Assembly (NCBI GenBank): GCA_021162085.1 | Contig: JAGGZI010000014.1 | Location: 1 to 44,281, forward strand | DNA from: Candidatus Aenigmatarchaeota archaeon | Lineage (GTDB): Archaea; Aenigmatarchaeota; Aenigmatarchaeia; PWEA01; JAGHBM01 | DNA length: 44,281 nt | Direction of reading: 5' to 3' | In this document: in pieces, positions 8,950 through 19,500 of the stretch | Position numbering within the stretch: position 1 is the stretch's first letter | Layout: every line of letters starts with the position of its first letter | The notes under the pieces: generated by a model | What the model saw: only the letters and a program-made list of their open reading frames with translations | Database searches by the model: none | What the model was told of the DNA's origin: nothing | Translations under genes and position numbers: made by a program

Positions 8950-9100
8950 CTCTCTCGAACCTGCAGGGGGCAAGCCCCCTTCAGTTTTACGGTATTCCTG
9001 ATATCTTCCCTTCCTTTTAAAATTGGCAAACTTTCAGTTTGCCCAAAATTGTTTCTTTGGGAAATACAAAAACCTTTCTTTCAAAAGAAAGGGATTTGTC
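8950..9100 (-). repeat. T-loop intron of tRNA-Ala, near-identical to the tRNA-Arg T-loop intron (42244-42397)
   Basis: About 100 consecutive identical nt from ttcagttttacggtattcc to aaaacctttcttt. Confidence 0.95.
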
Positions 9101-9133
9101 TTTGAACCCGAGACCTCCGCCGCTCTCAGACCA

Positions 9134-9287
9134 TTCACCAAGCCAGTTTCCGTTGACGTCTTGAGATTTTATCTCAAGTATTTGGAACATTGAGTTCCAA
9201 AACTTTACGCCGAGTAAAGGGTCATCCAAGTTTTCTGACTTCACCAAGCCAGTTTCCGTTGACGCTTTACGCCGAGTAAAGGGTCAT
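9134..9287. repeat. 48-bp direct repeat inside the tRNA-Ala anticodon intron (9240-9287 intact; 9134-9225 interrupted by a 44-bp insert at 9159-9202)
   Basis: ttcaccaagccagtttccgttgacg|ctttacgccgagtaaagggtcat is present twice. Confidence 0.95.
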
Positions 9288-9393
9288 GCGAAGGCGGCGC
9301 TCTTCCAACTGAGCTACAAGCCCATAATTAATTTTTCCTATCAATAATAGTTTTCTTTCGTACAACTCTTTCTTTTTCTAAAAGAAAGGTTGT

Positions 9394-9662
9394 TGGTGGG
9401 CCCGCCGAGATCTCCACGATGACGTACACTTCGTGCACGTCAAGCTATCTTTGAATTCCCGACACCCTTTCTTTTTTTCACAGTCTTTATCAAAGTTTTC
9501 TTTGACCGTAGACGACTTTCTTTTGTGAAAAGAAAGGAGTCTCTCGGGTCGCCAGCACCCCAAGCTGAAATGCTAGACCACTCCAGGGGACACCTACGGT
9601 TTCCCCTTAGGGTAACCTCTTCCCTTTCTAGAGCGCTAAGGGCTTAGCTACACCACGGGCCC
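9394..9662 (-). tRNA. tRNA-Pro(GGG), 3 non-canonical introns (D-loop: ~9581-9646; 53/54: 9456-9542; 59/60: 9411-9449)
   Basis: Spliced GGGCCCGTGGTGTAGC/TGGTCTAGCATTTCAGCTTGGGGTGCTGGCGACCCGAG/TTCAAA/TCTCGGCGGGCCCACCA; BHB helices CCCG/CGGG and UUCA/UGGA. Confidence 0.85.
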
Positions 9663-9747
9663 ATGATTAAATTTATGATATTTTTCTAAATATATTGATA
9701 TAGAAACATTTTTAAATCAATTCGCACTATTTTTATTAGGTGAAAAA

Positions 9748-10410
9748 ATGGCAATGGGAGCTTTAACAACGATAGGAGCAAACCTTTGGTATTCGTTCCT
9801 GGACTTTCTCCCGAACCTAATAGGAGCAATAATCTTACTAATAGTGGGCTACATAGTAGGAAAAATCAGTGGAATAGTGGTCAGAGAGATTCTAATAAGA
9901 GTTGGTGTAGACAAGTATCTCCAAAAGGAAGAACATATTAAATTCAAGACAAGTACAGTGTTCGATGTGATAACAAGATGGTTCTTGTATATAGTATTCA
10001 TCAATGCAGCGATAGAAGTACTTGGTATATCATCCCTAGTGGATGTAATGCATACAATAATATACTTCATACCAGGAGTAGTTGGAGCAGCAATAATAAT
10101 AATTGCAGCATACGGAGTTGGACTGTACATAAAGGAAGAAATACTATCATCAAAAACAATATACTCTGATATAGTAGGGAAGACCATATTCTTCTTAATA
10201 GTGTATCTTGGAGTTGCAGTGGCACTACCGTTGGTTGGAATTAATCCAACTATAGTAAACGACATACTCTTAGTGATAATAGGTTCGCTTGGACTAGGAC
10301 TAGCAATAGCACTTGGACTTGGATTAAAGGATGTCATAAGGGACATGGCAAAGGATTACGCAACTGAGTTCAGGGCGAAGAGAAAGAGGATGAATAGAAG
10401 AAGGAAGTGA
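9748..10410 (+). CDS. TM_helix-repeat membrane protein (CmpX/MscS-transmembrane-like)
   Basis: FLPNLIGAIILLIVG and FIPGVVGAAIII repeats, C-terminal AIALGLGLKD. Confidence 0.8.
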   Translation: MAMGALTTIGANLWYSFLDFLPNLIGAIILLIVGYIVGKISGIVVREILIRVGVDKYLQKEEHIKFKTSTVFDVITRWFLYIVFINAAIEVLGISSLVDVMHTIIYFIPGVVGAAIIIIAAYGVGLYIKEEILSSKTIYSDIVGKTIFFLIVYLGVAVALPLVGINPTIVNDILLVIIGSLGLGLAIALGLGLKDVIRDMAKDYATEFRAKRKRMNRRRK

Positions 10411-10500
10411 GAATTCTTTTTCCCTTTTTTTAATTTTTATTTCAATTAGAATTAAATATATAAACTATTTTATTGTTTAATAAAATTAAGATGTGATTTT

Positions 10501-12894
10501 ATGTTACCTAAGAAATATGATCCAAAGTCTATTGAAGACAAATGGAAAAAAATGTGGGAAGAGATGGGAATATATAAATTTAACCCCGATTCTGATAAAC
10601 CCGTATTCAGCATAGATACACCGCCAAGATATGCTTCTGGATACCTTCATATGGGTCACGCCAAGAACTACATAGAGTTTGAAATAATTGCAAGGTTCAT
10701 GAGAATGATTGGATATAATGTGTTCCTTCCAAATGGTTATGATGATAATGGACTTCCAACAGAAAAATACGTTGAAGAAAAACTGGGAATGAACAAAAAG
10801 GATGTTGATAGGAAAACTTTCATAGACAAATGTAAATGGGCCGCAGAAAGATTGGAAGAAAGAATGACAAAGACGTTCAAAGATATAGGATTCTCATGTG
10901 ACTGGTCTACGCTGTACAGAACCATAAGTGACTATGCTGTGAAGATGGCTCAAATGTCATTCATAGAGCTTTATAAAAAAGGAGAGATATACAGAAAGGA
11001 GGAACCAACTCTATGGTGTCCACACCATCAAACGGCACTCGCCCAGGCAGAGGTTGTGGACCTACCAAGGAAAACAAAACTAAATTACATATTATTTGAA
11101 TTGGAGGATGGAAAGAAAATAGAGATAGCAACCACCAGACCCGAGCTACTACCATCCTGTGTTGGGATATTTGTTAATCCTGATGATGACAGGTATAAGG
11201 ATCTTGTCGGGAAAAAAGCTATTGTACCCATATTCGGCCAGAAGGTCCCAATAATGGCTGATAAAAAAGTTGACAAAGAATTTGGTTCTGGAATAGTCAT
11301 GATTTGTACATTCGGAGACACTACAGATATAGAGTGGTGGAGGGAGTACAACCTTCCCATGAAGATATCAATAAATAAGGACGGTACCATGAACGAACTT
11401 GCAGGAAAGTATGAGGGACTAAAAATAGAAGATGCAAAGAAAAAAATAATAGAAGACCTAAAAGAATCTGGTTTACTAATAAAACAAGAAGACTTGGAAC
11501 AAACTGTTGGATGTTGCTGGAGATGCGAAACTCCAATAGAATTCATACCAACAAAGCAGTGGTTCATAAAAACCTTGGAACATAAGGATAAAATGATTGA
11601 ACTTGGTAGAAAGATAAATTGGAGACCAGAATATTACAGAAAACGATACGAGGACTGGGTGAGAAACCTCAAGTGGGACTGGTGTATATCAAGGCAAAGA
11701 TACTTCGGTGTGCCTTTCCCATTGTGGTACCGAAAAGATACCGGTGAGGTAGTTCTTGCCAAGGAAGAGGACCTTCCAGTCGATCCAAGAATCCAGAGAT
11801 GCCCATATGACAATGGTGATTCAGAGTGCATACCGGAAATGGATGTTATGGATACGTGGATGACTTCATCACTCACCCCACAAATAGTATCCAAGTGGAA
11901 AATTGATGATAAATTCTTTAATAAAATATTTCCAATGAGCCTTAGGCCTCAAGCACATGACATAATAAGGACATGGGCATTTTATACCATCCTCAAATCT
12001 TATCTTCATAATAATTCAATACCGTGGAAAGACATAATGATATCTGGATACGTTTATGTTGATAAGGGACTTGCCATGAGTAGCAGTAAGGGAATAGGTG
12101 ATGACCCTGAAAAAATAGTTGAGAGAGACGGGGCAGATGCCCTTAGATATTGGACAACTGAGGCAAGCCTTGGAGAAGACCTCATATACAGGGAAAAGGA
12201 TATAATAAGAGGTAAAAAAATTCTCATAAAATTATGGAATGCGTCAAGATTCGTGGAAATGCATCTTAAGGACTACAAACCAAAGGAAGTGAAGCTCAGA
12301 GTAACTGATAAGTGGATACTGAATGAAATGTACAAGGCTGCTGAAGAAAGTAAGGAAGCATTTAAAAATTATAATCCTAACAAAGCCCGTAAGGTCATAG
12401 AAATTTTCTTCAAAAATATCTTCTGTGATTTCTATCTTGAGATGGTGAAGCACCGACTGTATAACGATGTTGAAAAAGAATCAGCTCAATATACGCTTTA
12501 CAACGGCCTCTTGGGAATACTCAAAATGTACGCACCTATAATTCCCTTCATAACGGAAGAGATTTATCAGAATATGTTCAAAGAAAACGAAAAAGATAAA
12601 TCCATTCACACATCAAGGTGGCCAGAGACAGGAGAGATAGACGAAGAAGTAATTGAAATAGGCAGACTTGGTGTTTCCATAATCACTTATTTAAGGCAGC
12701 ACAAAACAAAAAATAATCTTCCATTAAATCAAGAATTAAATGAGATTGTAATAGAATGTGACAAGGAAACTGAGAAGAAGATAAAGCTCATAGAAGATGA
12801 CATAAAATGGACGATGAAGATTAAAGAAATAAAATTTGAAAAAACAAAGAATGGAATAGGAATTGGTTCTCTGAAGATAGAGGTTAGAGAATGA
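10501..12894 (+). CDS. valS: Valine--tRNA ligase (archaeal type)
   Basis: FSIDTPP..SGYLHMGH, ATTRPELL, DWCISRQRYFG, LRPQAHDIIRTWAFYT. Confidence 0.96.
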   Translation: MLPKKYDPKSIEDKWKKMWEEMGIYKFNPDSDKPVFSIDTPPRYASGYLHMGHAKNYIEFEIIARFMRMIGYNVFLPNGYDDNGLPTEKYVEEKLGMNKKDVDRKTFIDKCKWAAERLEERMTKTFKDIGFSCDWSTLYRTISDYAVKMAQMSFIELYKKGEIYRKEEPTLWCPHHQTALAQAEVVDLPRKTKLNYILFELEDGKKIEIATTRPELLPSCVGIFVNPDDDRYKDLVGKKAIVPIFGQKVPIMADKKVDKEFGSGIVMICTFGDTTDIEWWREYNLPMKISINKDGTMNELAGKYEGLKIEDAKKKIIEDLKESGLLIKQEDLEQTVGCCWRCETPIEFIPTKQWFIKTLEHKDKMIELGRKINWRPEYYRKRYEDWVRNLKWDWCISRQRYFGVPFPLWYRKDTGEVVLAKEEDLPVDPRIQRCPYDNGDSECIPEMDVMDTWMTSSLTPQIVSKWKIDDKFFNKIFPMSLRPQAHDIIRTWAFYTILKSYLHNNSIPWKDIMISGYVYVDKGLAMSSSKGIGDDPEKIVERDGADALRYWTTEASLGEDLIYREKDIIRGKKILIKLWNASRFVEMHLKDYKPKEVKLRVTDKWILNEMYKAAEESKEAFKNYNPNKARKVIEIFFKNIFCDFYLEMVKHRLYNDVEKESAQYTLYNGLLGILKMYAPIIPFITEEIYQNMFKENEKDKSIHTSRWPETGEIDEEVIEIGRLGVSIITYLRQHKTKNNLPLNQELNEIVIECDKETEKKIKLIEDDIKWTMKIKEIKFEKTKNGIGIGSLKIEVRE

Positions 12895-13439
12895 TAATTG
12901 AAAAGGTTAGAGAGTTCGTCACCAAGTCCTGTGAGGATGATGAAGTAAAGCATCTCGAACGAACATTATACTGGATTAAAGAGTTAAAAAGTTGTGCCAA
13001 TGAAGCACTAAAAATAGCCGCCTTAACTCATGACATTGACAGATGTTTAAAGAATGAAGGATGTGCGGATGACTTTAAAAAAGTAAGACACTCTCCAAAC
13101 TCAAAATACTACATGGAACATCAGAAAAAATCCGCAAGAATAGTCTCAAATTTTTTAGAAAACATTAATGCCGATGAAAACTTAATTAAAGAAGTGACAT
13201 TCCTAATAGAACATCATGAATCTGGTGGAACTCCTGAAGCTGATGTACTAAAAGATGCAGATAGCTTGAGCTTCTTCGAGAACAATGCATATTCGATCCT
13301 TGAAAAGTTTGCTAAATTAGATAAAGAAACTGTGAAAGAGAAGTTTGACTTCATGTTCAATAGAATATCGTCTGAGAAAGCCAAGAATATAGCAAAGCCC
13401 ATGTATGAAAAATTAATTAAGAAGTTGGAAGAAATTTAG
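12891..13439 (+). CDS. HD-domain protein (DUF4202-like)
   Basis: H...AALTHDIDR...H...HHE...LKDADSLSFFE. Confidence 0.75.
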   Translation: MIIEKVREFVTKSCEDDEVKHLERTLYWIKELKSCANEALKIAALTHDIDRCLKNEGCADDFKKVRHSPNSKYYMEHQKKSARIVSNFLENINADENLIKEVTFLIEHHESGGTPEADVLKDADSLSFFENNAYSILEKFAKLDKETVKEKFDFMFNRISSEKAKNIAKPMYEKLIKKLEEI

Positions 13440-13476
13440 TAATCTTTTTTAATTTAATTATTACTTTTCTATTAAG

Positions 13477-14691
13477 GTGTTAACTATGGAAGAAAAGAAA
13501 TACAAACTTAAAAAAATCGTGGACGAGCTTAGAGAGAAGAGCGGAAGACATACAGAATTAATTAGTCTTTACATTCCTCAGGGATTTAATCTTAACGAGA
13601 TAAGCAACCTTATATCGCAGGAAATATCACTCACACAGAACGTGAAGAGCAAGACTGTGAGAAAAAACGTTATCTCCGCCTTAACGAAAATACAACAATA
13701 TTTAAAACATTACAGACAAACACCACCAAACGGTCTTGTGATTTTTTGTGGAAATGTCTCAGAGAAGGAAGGTGAGACTGACATAAAGATATGGGCTCTT
13801 GAGCCACCGGAGCCGATAAAGATGAAACTATACTGGTGCGATCAAAAATTTGAATTGGGCCCATTGGAAGAAATGATGAAGGAGAAAGATGTTTATGGAC
13901 TCATAACCCTTGATAAAAGTGATGCGACTCTTGGGATACTAAGAGGGAAAAAAATAAACATAATCAAGAGGCTTCATTCAATAGTTCCTGGTAAAACGAG
14001 AGCAGGTGGCCAGAGTTCTGCAAGGTTTCAAAGAGTTAGAGCAGGACTTCTTAATGACTTCTTAAAAGAGATTGGAGAGAACTTCAAAAAAGTTTTTTCT
14101 GAAGAAGATATAAAAGGGATAATCGTAGGTGGCCCCGGACCAATAAAAGAAAAATTTGTTAATGAGAACTACATACCAGAAAATTTAAAGAAAAAAATAA
14201 TTGGAATAAAAGATATTGGATACAGTGACGAATATGGACTTGAGGAATTATTAAACAGGTCACAAGACCTTTTAAAAGAGGCTGAAGTGGCAAAAGAGAA
14301 AGAATTGTGTGAAAAATTCTTTGACGAGCTGAAGAGAGATACGGGCAAAGCAACATATGGATTAGAAGATGTAAAGAAAGCAATAGAAATGGGGGCTGTC
14401 GAAACTGTCCTTATCTCAGAAGGACTTGAAATTGAAGAAGTTGAATACGAATGCTCATGTGGTTATAGAGAAAAGAAGTTCGTGAAAACTAATGAGAAGG
14501 AAAATCAAAAATGTCCTAAATGTGGTGATACCATGAAAATAATTGGAGAGGCCGATATAGTTGATGTACTCGAGGATATGGCAAAGGAAACAGGTGCTAA
14601 AATTGAAATAATATCAAGAGATACATCAGAAGGAGAAAGACTGTACCTGATGGGAGGAATTGGAGCAATACTGAGATTTCCTATAGAGTAG
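13477..14691 (+). CDS. prf1: Peptide chain release factor aRF1
   Basis: GRHTELISLYIP, NVKS (NIKS-like), YWCD, GGQSSARF, Zn-ribbon insert; start may be ATG 13486. Confidence 0.96.
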   Translation: MLTMEEKKYKLKKIVDELREKSGRHTELISLYIPQGFNLNEISNLISQEISLTQNVKSKTVRKNVISALTKIQQYLKHYRQTPPNGLVIFCGNVSEKEGETDIKIWALEPPEPIKMKLYWCDQKFELGPLEEMMKEKDVYGLITLDKSDATLGILRGKKINIIKRLHSIVPGKTRAGGQSSARFQRVRAGLLNDFLKEIGENFKKVFSEEDIKGIIVGGPGPIKEKFVNENYIPENLKKKIIGIKDIGYSDEYGLEELLNRSQDLLKEAEVAKEKELCEKFFDELKRDTGKATYGLEDVKKAIEMGAVETVLISEGLEIEEVEYECSCGYREKKFVKTNEKENQKCPKCGDTMKIIGEADIVDVLEDMAKETGAKIEIISRDTSEGERLYLMGGIGAILRFPIE

Positions 14692-14709
14692 TATGATTAC
14701 TACCTTTCT

Positions 14710-15183
14710 CTACTTCTTTAAGTTCTCCACATAGTCTGCTGCATTTCTCAAGGCAGTTGAAAATCCTGGATTAACTCCTATAACTACAACCTTCTTTCCA
14801 TACTCCTTCGCCTTAAGCACAACAGGCATGAAATCCGCATCTCTTGTTGCAATTGCAATTATATCAACGTTTGGATTGAAGACACCTTCCATAACAGATG
14901 CCCCCATCGATGCATCTACATCACTCTTTTGCTCGTTCTTTTCTCCACCCATCTCTATTATTGGTTCAAATCCCTGACTTGCAACAGCCTCTATGAGCTT
15001 TTCAGAGGCAAATTGATTAAGGAAAACCTTTGCTATTATTATTCTCCCGTATTTTTCAAGCTTTTTTCTAAGGTTCTCAAGATCCAAATTAAACTCCTTT
15101 CTAAGCAGATTTGGTCCATCAACATAGAGAGCTATATTCCTTTCTGACCTCTTATGAACTTTTTCCTTAACAATACCCAACAT
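14710..15183 (-). CDS. NYN domain protein (TIGR00288 family)
   Basis: VDGPNLLRKEF, DVD, TRDADF, GFSTALRNAADY. Confidence 0.9.
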   Translation of the reverse strand: MLGIVKEKVHKRSERNIALYVDGPNLLRKEFNLDLENLRKKLEKYGRIIIAKVFLNQFASEKLIEAVASQGFEPIIEMGGEKNEQKSDVDASMGASVMEGVFNPNVDIIAIATRDADFMPVVLKAKEYGKKVVVIGVNPGFSTALRNAADYVENLKK

Positions 15184-15218
15184 TATAACACCTCTTCAAA
15201 TTATTATGTATTTCTTCC

Positions 15219-15980
15219 TTATAACTCTATTGGAAGATTGAAGAATTTAACTGCATTTCTTCCACATGTTCTCCATACCTCTTCAAAATCCAACTTCTTT
15301 ATATCCGCAATTTTTTCTGCAACCTTCTTTATGGTCAGTGGCGTGTTCCTTCCTCCATCTGGAGCAAGCCATGGTGAATCAGTCTCAAGCATTATTCTAT
15401 CTAATGGCATATCTCTTATTATCTTCTTATGATTTTTGCTTCTAAGAATGATCGCATTCATTGATATGAACCATTGATTCTCAATAACCCTGCTCAGGAG
15501 CTTTCTACCACCAAACATATGAAGGTCAACTCTCCTTGCTCCCTCGTTCTCTAGTATTTCTATACAATCCTCATAAGAGTCACGAGCATGAATAACCAAT
15601 GGTTTTTTGAGCTCTTTTGCCAATCTTATCATTTCTCTGAAGAGTTCTCTTTGCTTCTCTCTCCATTCTTCCTCTTTAACCCAGTAGTAATCTAATCCCG
15701 TTTCCCCTATCGCAACTACATGGTCCTTGTTATCCCTTATTAGATTGAAATATTCCTCTTTCTCTTCCTTGGTCATATCTTTTATGTAAATGGGATGAAT
15801 CGAAAATGCACCAAAGACAAAATTTCTATACTTCCTTATCAAATCCATTGTTAAATTGTAATTCTTTGGGTTTGCACATGACGTTATGACTGCCTTGAGT
15901 TCTTTTTTACACTCTTTTATCACATCATCTCGGTCCTTGTTGTAATCTTCATTCTCAAGATGGCAATGAACATCTATCAT
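15219..15980 (-). CDS. tatD: TatD family hydrolase
   Basis: DVHCHL, AIGETGLDY, VIHARD, LETDSPW. Confidence 0.93.
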   Translation of the reverse strand: MIDVHCHLENEDYNKDRDDVIKECKKELKAVITSCANPKNYNLTMDLIRKYRNFVFGAFSIHPIYIKDMTKEEKEEYFNLIRDNKDHVVAIGETGLDYYWVKEEEWREKQRELFREMIRLAKELKKPLVIHARDSYEDCIEILENEGARRVDLHMFGGRKLLSRVIENQWFISMNAIILRSKNHKKIIRDMPLDRIMLETDSPWLAPDGGRNTPLTIKKVAEKIADIKKLDFEEVWRTCGRNAVKFFNLPIEL

Positions 15981-16417
15981 TTTTTCACCTTTACCTCAGC
16001 TATATCGCCTATCGTGAGAGTATCCCCCTCCTGACGACCTGAAAATGATTCTTCCGTGTACTCCATGATTAGTTTTACCCCAAAGAATCTTTCGAGTTTT
16101 TTTGCTAAATCCATTGTTGGGGTGAGTTCACCTCTTTCTATTCTTGCTATGACACTTTCCCTTTCCTTTAATTTCTCTGCAAGCTCTTTTCTTGTCAGCC
16201 CAAGTTTTTCTCGCTCCCTCTTTACTATCTGTGGGCAACGCGGATCGATGTACTTCGAATTGTCCGATATCTCAACCTTTCTTTTCTTTGGTTTTATTTG
16301 AACCGTTTCATTGACCACTTCACCCAGTTTTGCGCACTCGTCACATACATCCAATAGAACTCCATCTATTATGGCTTTCTTTGTAGCTTTTCTACCACAA
16401 ATTTCGCAATCAGTCAT
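15977..16417 (-). CDS. Multiprotein bridging factor aMBF1 (Zn ribbon plus HTH)
   Basis: CEICG...VCDECAKLG, Cro-type HTH, C-terminal LTIGD. Confidence 0.9.
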   Translation of the reverse strand: MTDCEICGRKATKKAIIDGVLLDVCDECAKLGEVVNETVQIKPKKRKVEISDNSKYIDPRCPQIVKREREKLGLTRKELAEKLKERESVIARIERGELTPTMDLAKKLERFFGVKLIMEYTEESFSGRQEGDTLTIGDIAEVKVKK

Positions 16418-16535
16418 AAGGACACTCTTTGCAGAAGGATATAAAATCTATGGTGACTTAAATTTAAATGTTTATCATACGCGTCTTTTAAAGATTTAAA
16501 TAAAATTCTATTAATAAGAGTTATAAGGTGAATTT

Positions 16536-19500
16536 ATGTACGATCCCCGGAAAGTAGAAAAGGAAATGTTGGAATTTTGGGAGAAAAACAAGATATTTGA
16601 AAAGCTTGCTAAGAAAAATAAGGGCAAGAAGAAGTTCAGATTCATAGACGGACCCATTACTGCCAACAATCCAATGGGAGTTCATCATGGCTACGCTAGA
16701 ACTTTAAAAGACCTTTATCAGAGGTACAAAGCAATGCAGGGGTTTGATGAAAGGTTTCAAAATGGATTTGACTGCCATGGACTCCCAATAGAGGTTGAAG
16801 TCGAAAAAGAGTTAGGACTGAAGAGCAAAAGGGATATAGAAAAATATGGAATAAATAATTTTATAGAAAAATGCAAAGAAAGGATAAACAAGATAACGAA
16901 AATCCAGACAAAACAGTCAATAAGACTTGGTCAATGGATGGATTGGAAAAATTCATATTACACGATGAGCGATGAAAATATACTCCACATATGGTATTTC
17001 TTGAAAAAATGTTATGAAAAGGGTTGGATTTATAAGGGTCATAAAGTTCTGCCATGGTGCCCAAGATGTGGCACGTCACTCTCTCAACATGAGGTATCAG
17101 AAGGTTATAAGACCCTGACACACAAAACGGTTTTCGTGAAATTTCCTCTTATTGGAAAGAAAAATGAGTATCTTTTGGTGTGGACAACAACTCCATGGAC
17201 ATTATCATCAAATGTAGCAGCCGCGGTCAACCCAGACATCATGTACATAAAGGCAGAAAAAGATGGAGAGATATATTACCTTTCTAAAAAAACATCGAAG
17301 GTGCTTGGAGAACACAAAGTGCTTGAAGAATTAAAGGGAAGTGAAATGGTTGGATGGAAATATAATGGGCCTTACGATGAATTGGAAGCTCAAAGAGGTA
17401 TAGAGCATGTTGTTGTTCCATGGGGAGATGTTGGCGAAGAGGATGGAACCGGTATAGTTCATATAGCACCTGGATGTGGTGAAGAAGATTTTGAACTTGG
17501 AAAAAAACTTGGATTGAAAGCAATATCACCTCTTGATGAATATGGTAATTTCATAAAGGGATTTGGATGGTTGACCGGGATGTACGTTAAAGATGTTAGA
17601 GACAAAATATTCGAAGACCTCAAGAAGAAGAAAATGCTCTTCAAGATTGGTGAAATCACCCATAGGTATCCAACATGCTGGAGATGCAAAGAGGAACTTG
17701 TCTTCAGGATGACTGATTCCTGGTTCATAAAAGTTGATGAAATACGAGACAAATTAATTGAGGAAGCAAACAACGTATTCTGGTCACCAGGTCATGGAAA
17801 AAAATTGATGAACGACTGGTTAAAGAACATGGGAGATTGGAATATATCGAGAAGAAGATACTGGGGACTTCCAATTCCGATATGGATTTGCGAAGACTGC
17901 GGAGAGATGACGGTTATTGGAAGTCTCGAAGAATTGAAAGAGAAGGCGATCTCTGGAATGGATAATCTCAAAGACCTACACAAGCCACAAATAGATAACG
18001 TAATACTGAAGTGTCCAAAATGCGGAGGTAAAATGAAAAGAATTCCAGAAGTTGGTGACTGTTGGCTTGATGCAGGCATAGTTCCATTCTCTACCCTAAA
18101 ATATCTTGAAGATAGAAACTACTGGAAGGAATGGTTCCCCGCAGAGTTTGTTTCTGAGATGAGAGAGCAGGTAAGGTTGTGGTTTTACTCTATGCTCTTT
18201 ATGAGTGTTGTACTGGAAAACAGAGCTCCATATGAAAAAGTACTTATGTTTGAAAAAGTTTATGATGAGAAAGGACAGGAGATGCATAAGAGTGGCAAGA
18301 ATGTTATATGGTTTGATGATGCGATTGAAAAAATTGGGGCAGACGTTATGAGATGGATGTACGCCAAGACGAACTTAACACAAAACGTTCTATTTGGATA
18401 CAATATTGGAAAAGAGATTAGAAAAAATCTTGACTACCTAATGAACATATCAAAATACATAAAAACATTCATGAATGGTCCACCAGAAAAAATTGGAGAA
18501 GACTTAGAGAAGGAAGACCGATGGATATTATCAAGATTGGAGAGCACTAAAAAGGTTGTATACGAATCGTTAGAAAACCTGATACCTTACGCTGCTGCAA
18601 GGAACCTAGAAAAATTCTTCATCAACGATATATCGAGAAACTACATAAAACTCGTAAGGGATAGAATTAAAGAAGATAAAAGAGTTCCAAACATTCTTTA
18701 TCTTATATTCTTGGATACTCTGAAGCTTATGGCTCCCTTCACACCATTCATAACAGAATACATATATCAGGACTTGTTCAGAAAGTTTGAAGGGAAGGAA
18801 AGTATTCACCTATTTGATTGGCCAGCCCACGATGACGAAAAAATAGACACTAAGATTGAAGATATGTTTGAAGTTATGATGAAAATAATAGAGACTTCAA
18901 ATGCCATAAGGCAGGAAGAGGGTATAAGACTCAGGCACCCTGTTAAGGAGATGATTATATCAGGACCAGAAAAATTGGAAGAGTACGTGAAATATTTAGA
19001 GCCGCTGCTTAAGAGGGTAGGAAATGTAAAAAATGTGAAATTTGAAAAAGCAAAAATGAATTACGAAGTTAAACTGAACTATCCAGTTGTCGGACCTAAA
19101 TACGGAAAGCAAGTTAAAGATATGGAGAAAGCGCTTAAGAACATGAATGGCGAAGAAATAGTTAATGAAATAGAGAATAACAACTTTGTAAAGATTCTTG
19201 ATAAAAAACTTAAAAGGGAAGACCTTGTTATAAGGGTATCCTCACCAGAAGAAGGTAAGGGATTCATAGTGAATGAAGTGAGTGGTGTGGTGTTCTTAGA
19301 CCTTGAGGAAACCCCGGAAATTTTTGAAGAAAGGCTGATAAAGGAATTGATAAGAAATGTTCAACAGGCAAGAAAAGACAATAAGCTAACAATTGAACAA
19401 AAGATAAAACTAATATTATCCTCGGACGAGAGTACGGAAGATGTAATAAAGGGATGGTTAGAAAAAATCAAGAAGTCTACTGGAGCCATTGAAATATTAT

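Larger units (their letters stand above)
8933..9323 (-). tRNA. tRNA-Ala(CGC), 2 long composite introns (37/38: 9123-9286; 59/60: 8950-9100)
   Basis: Spliced GGGCTTGTAGCTCAGTTGGAAGAGCGCCGCCTTCGCA/CGGCGGAGGTCTCGGGTTCAAA/TCCCGACAAGTCCACCA; G3:U70 Ala identity pair. Confidence 0.9.

Noticed and set aside
9017-9247. 76-aa ORF that could be an intron-encoded protein or homing endonuclease
   Set aside because: It crosses tRNA-Ala exon sequence and has no LAGLIDADG or other recognisable motif
9134-9287. Direct repeats with spacer-like gaps resembling a mini CRISPR array
   Set aside because: There are only two copies, they lie inside a tRNA intron, and no cas genes or leader are present
8268-9662. 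Split (trans-spliced) or permuted tRNA genes
   Set aside because: All exon pieces are collinear on one strand and in normal order, so cis-introns explain them
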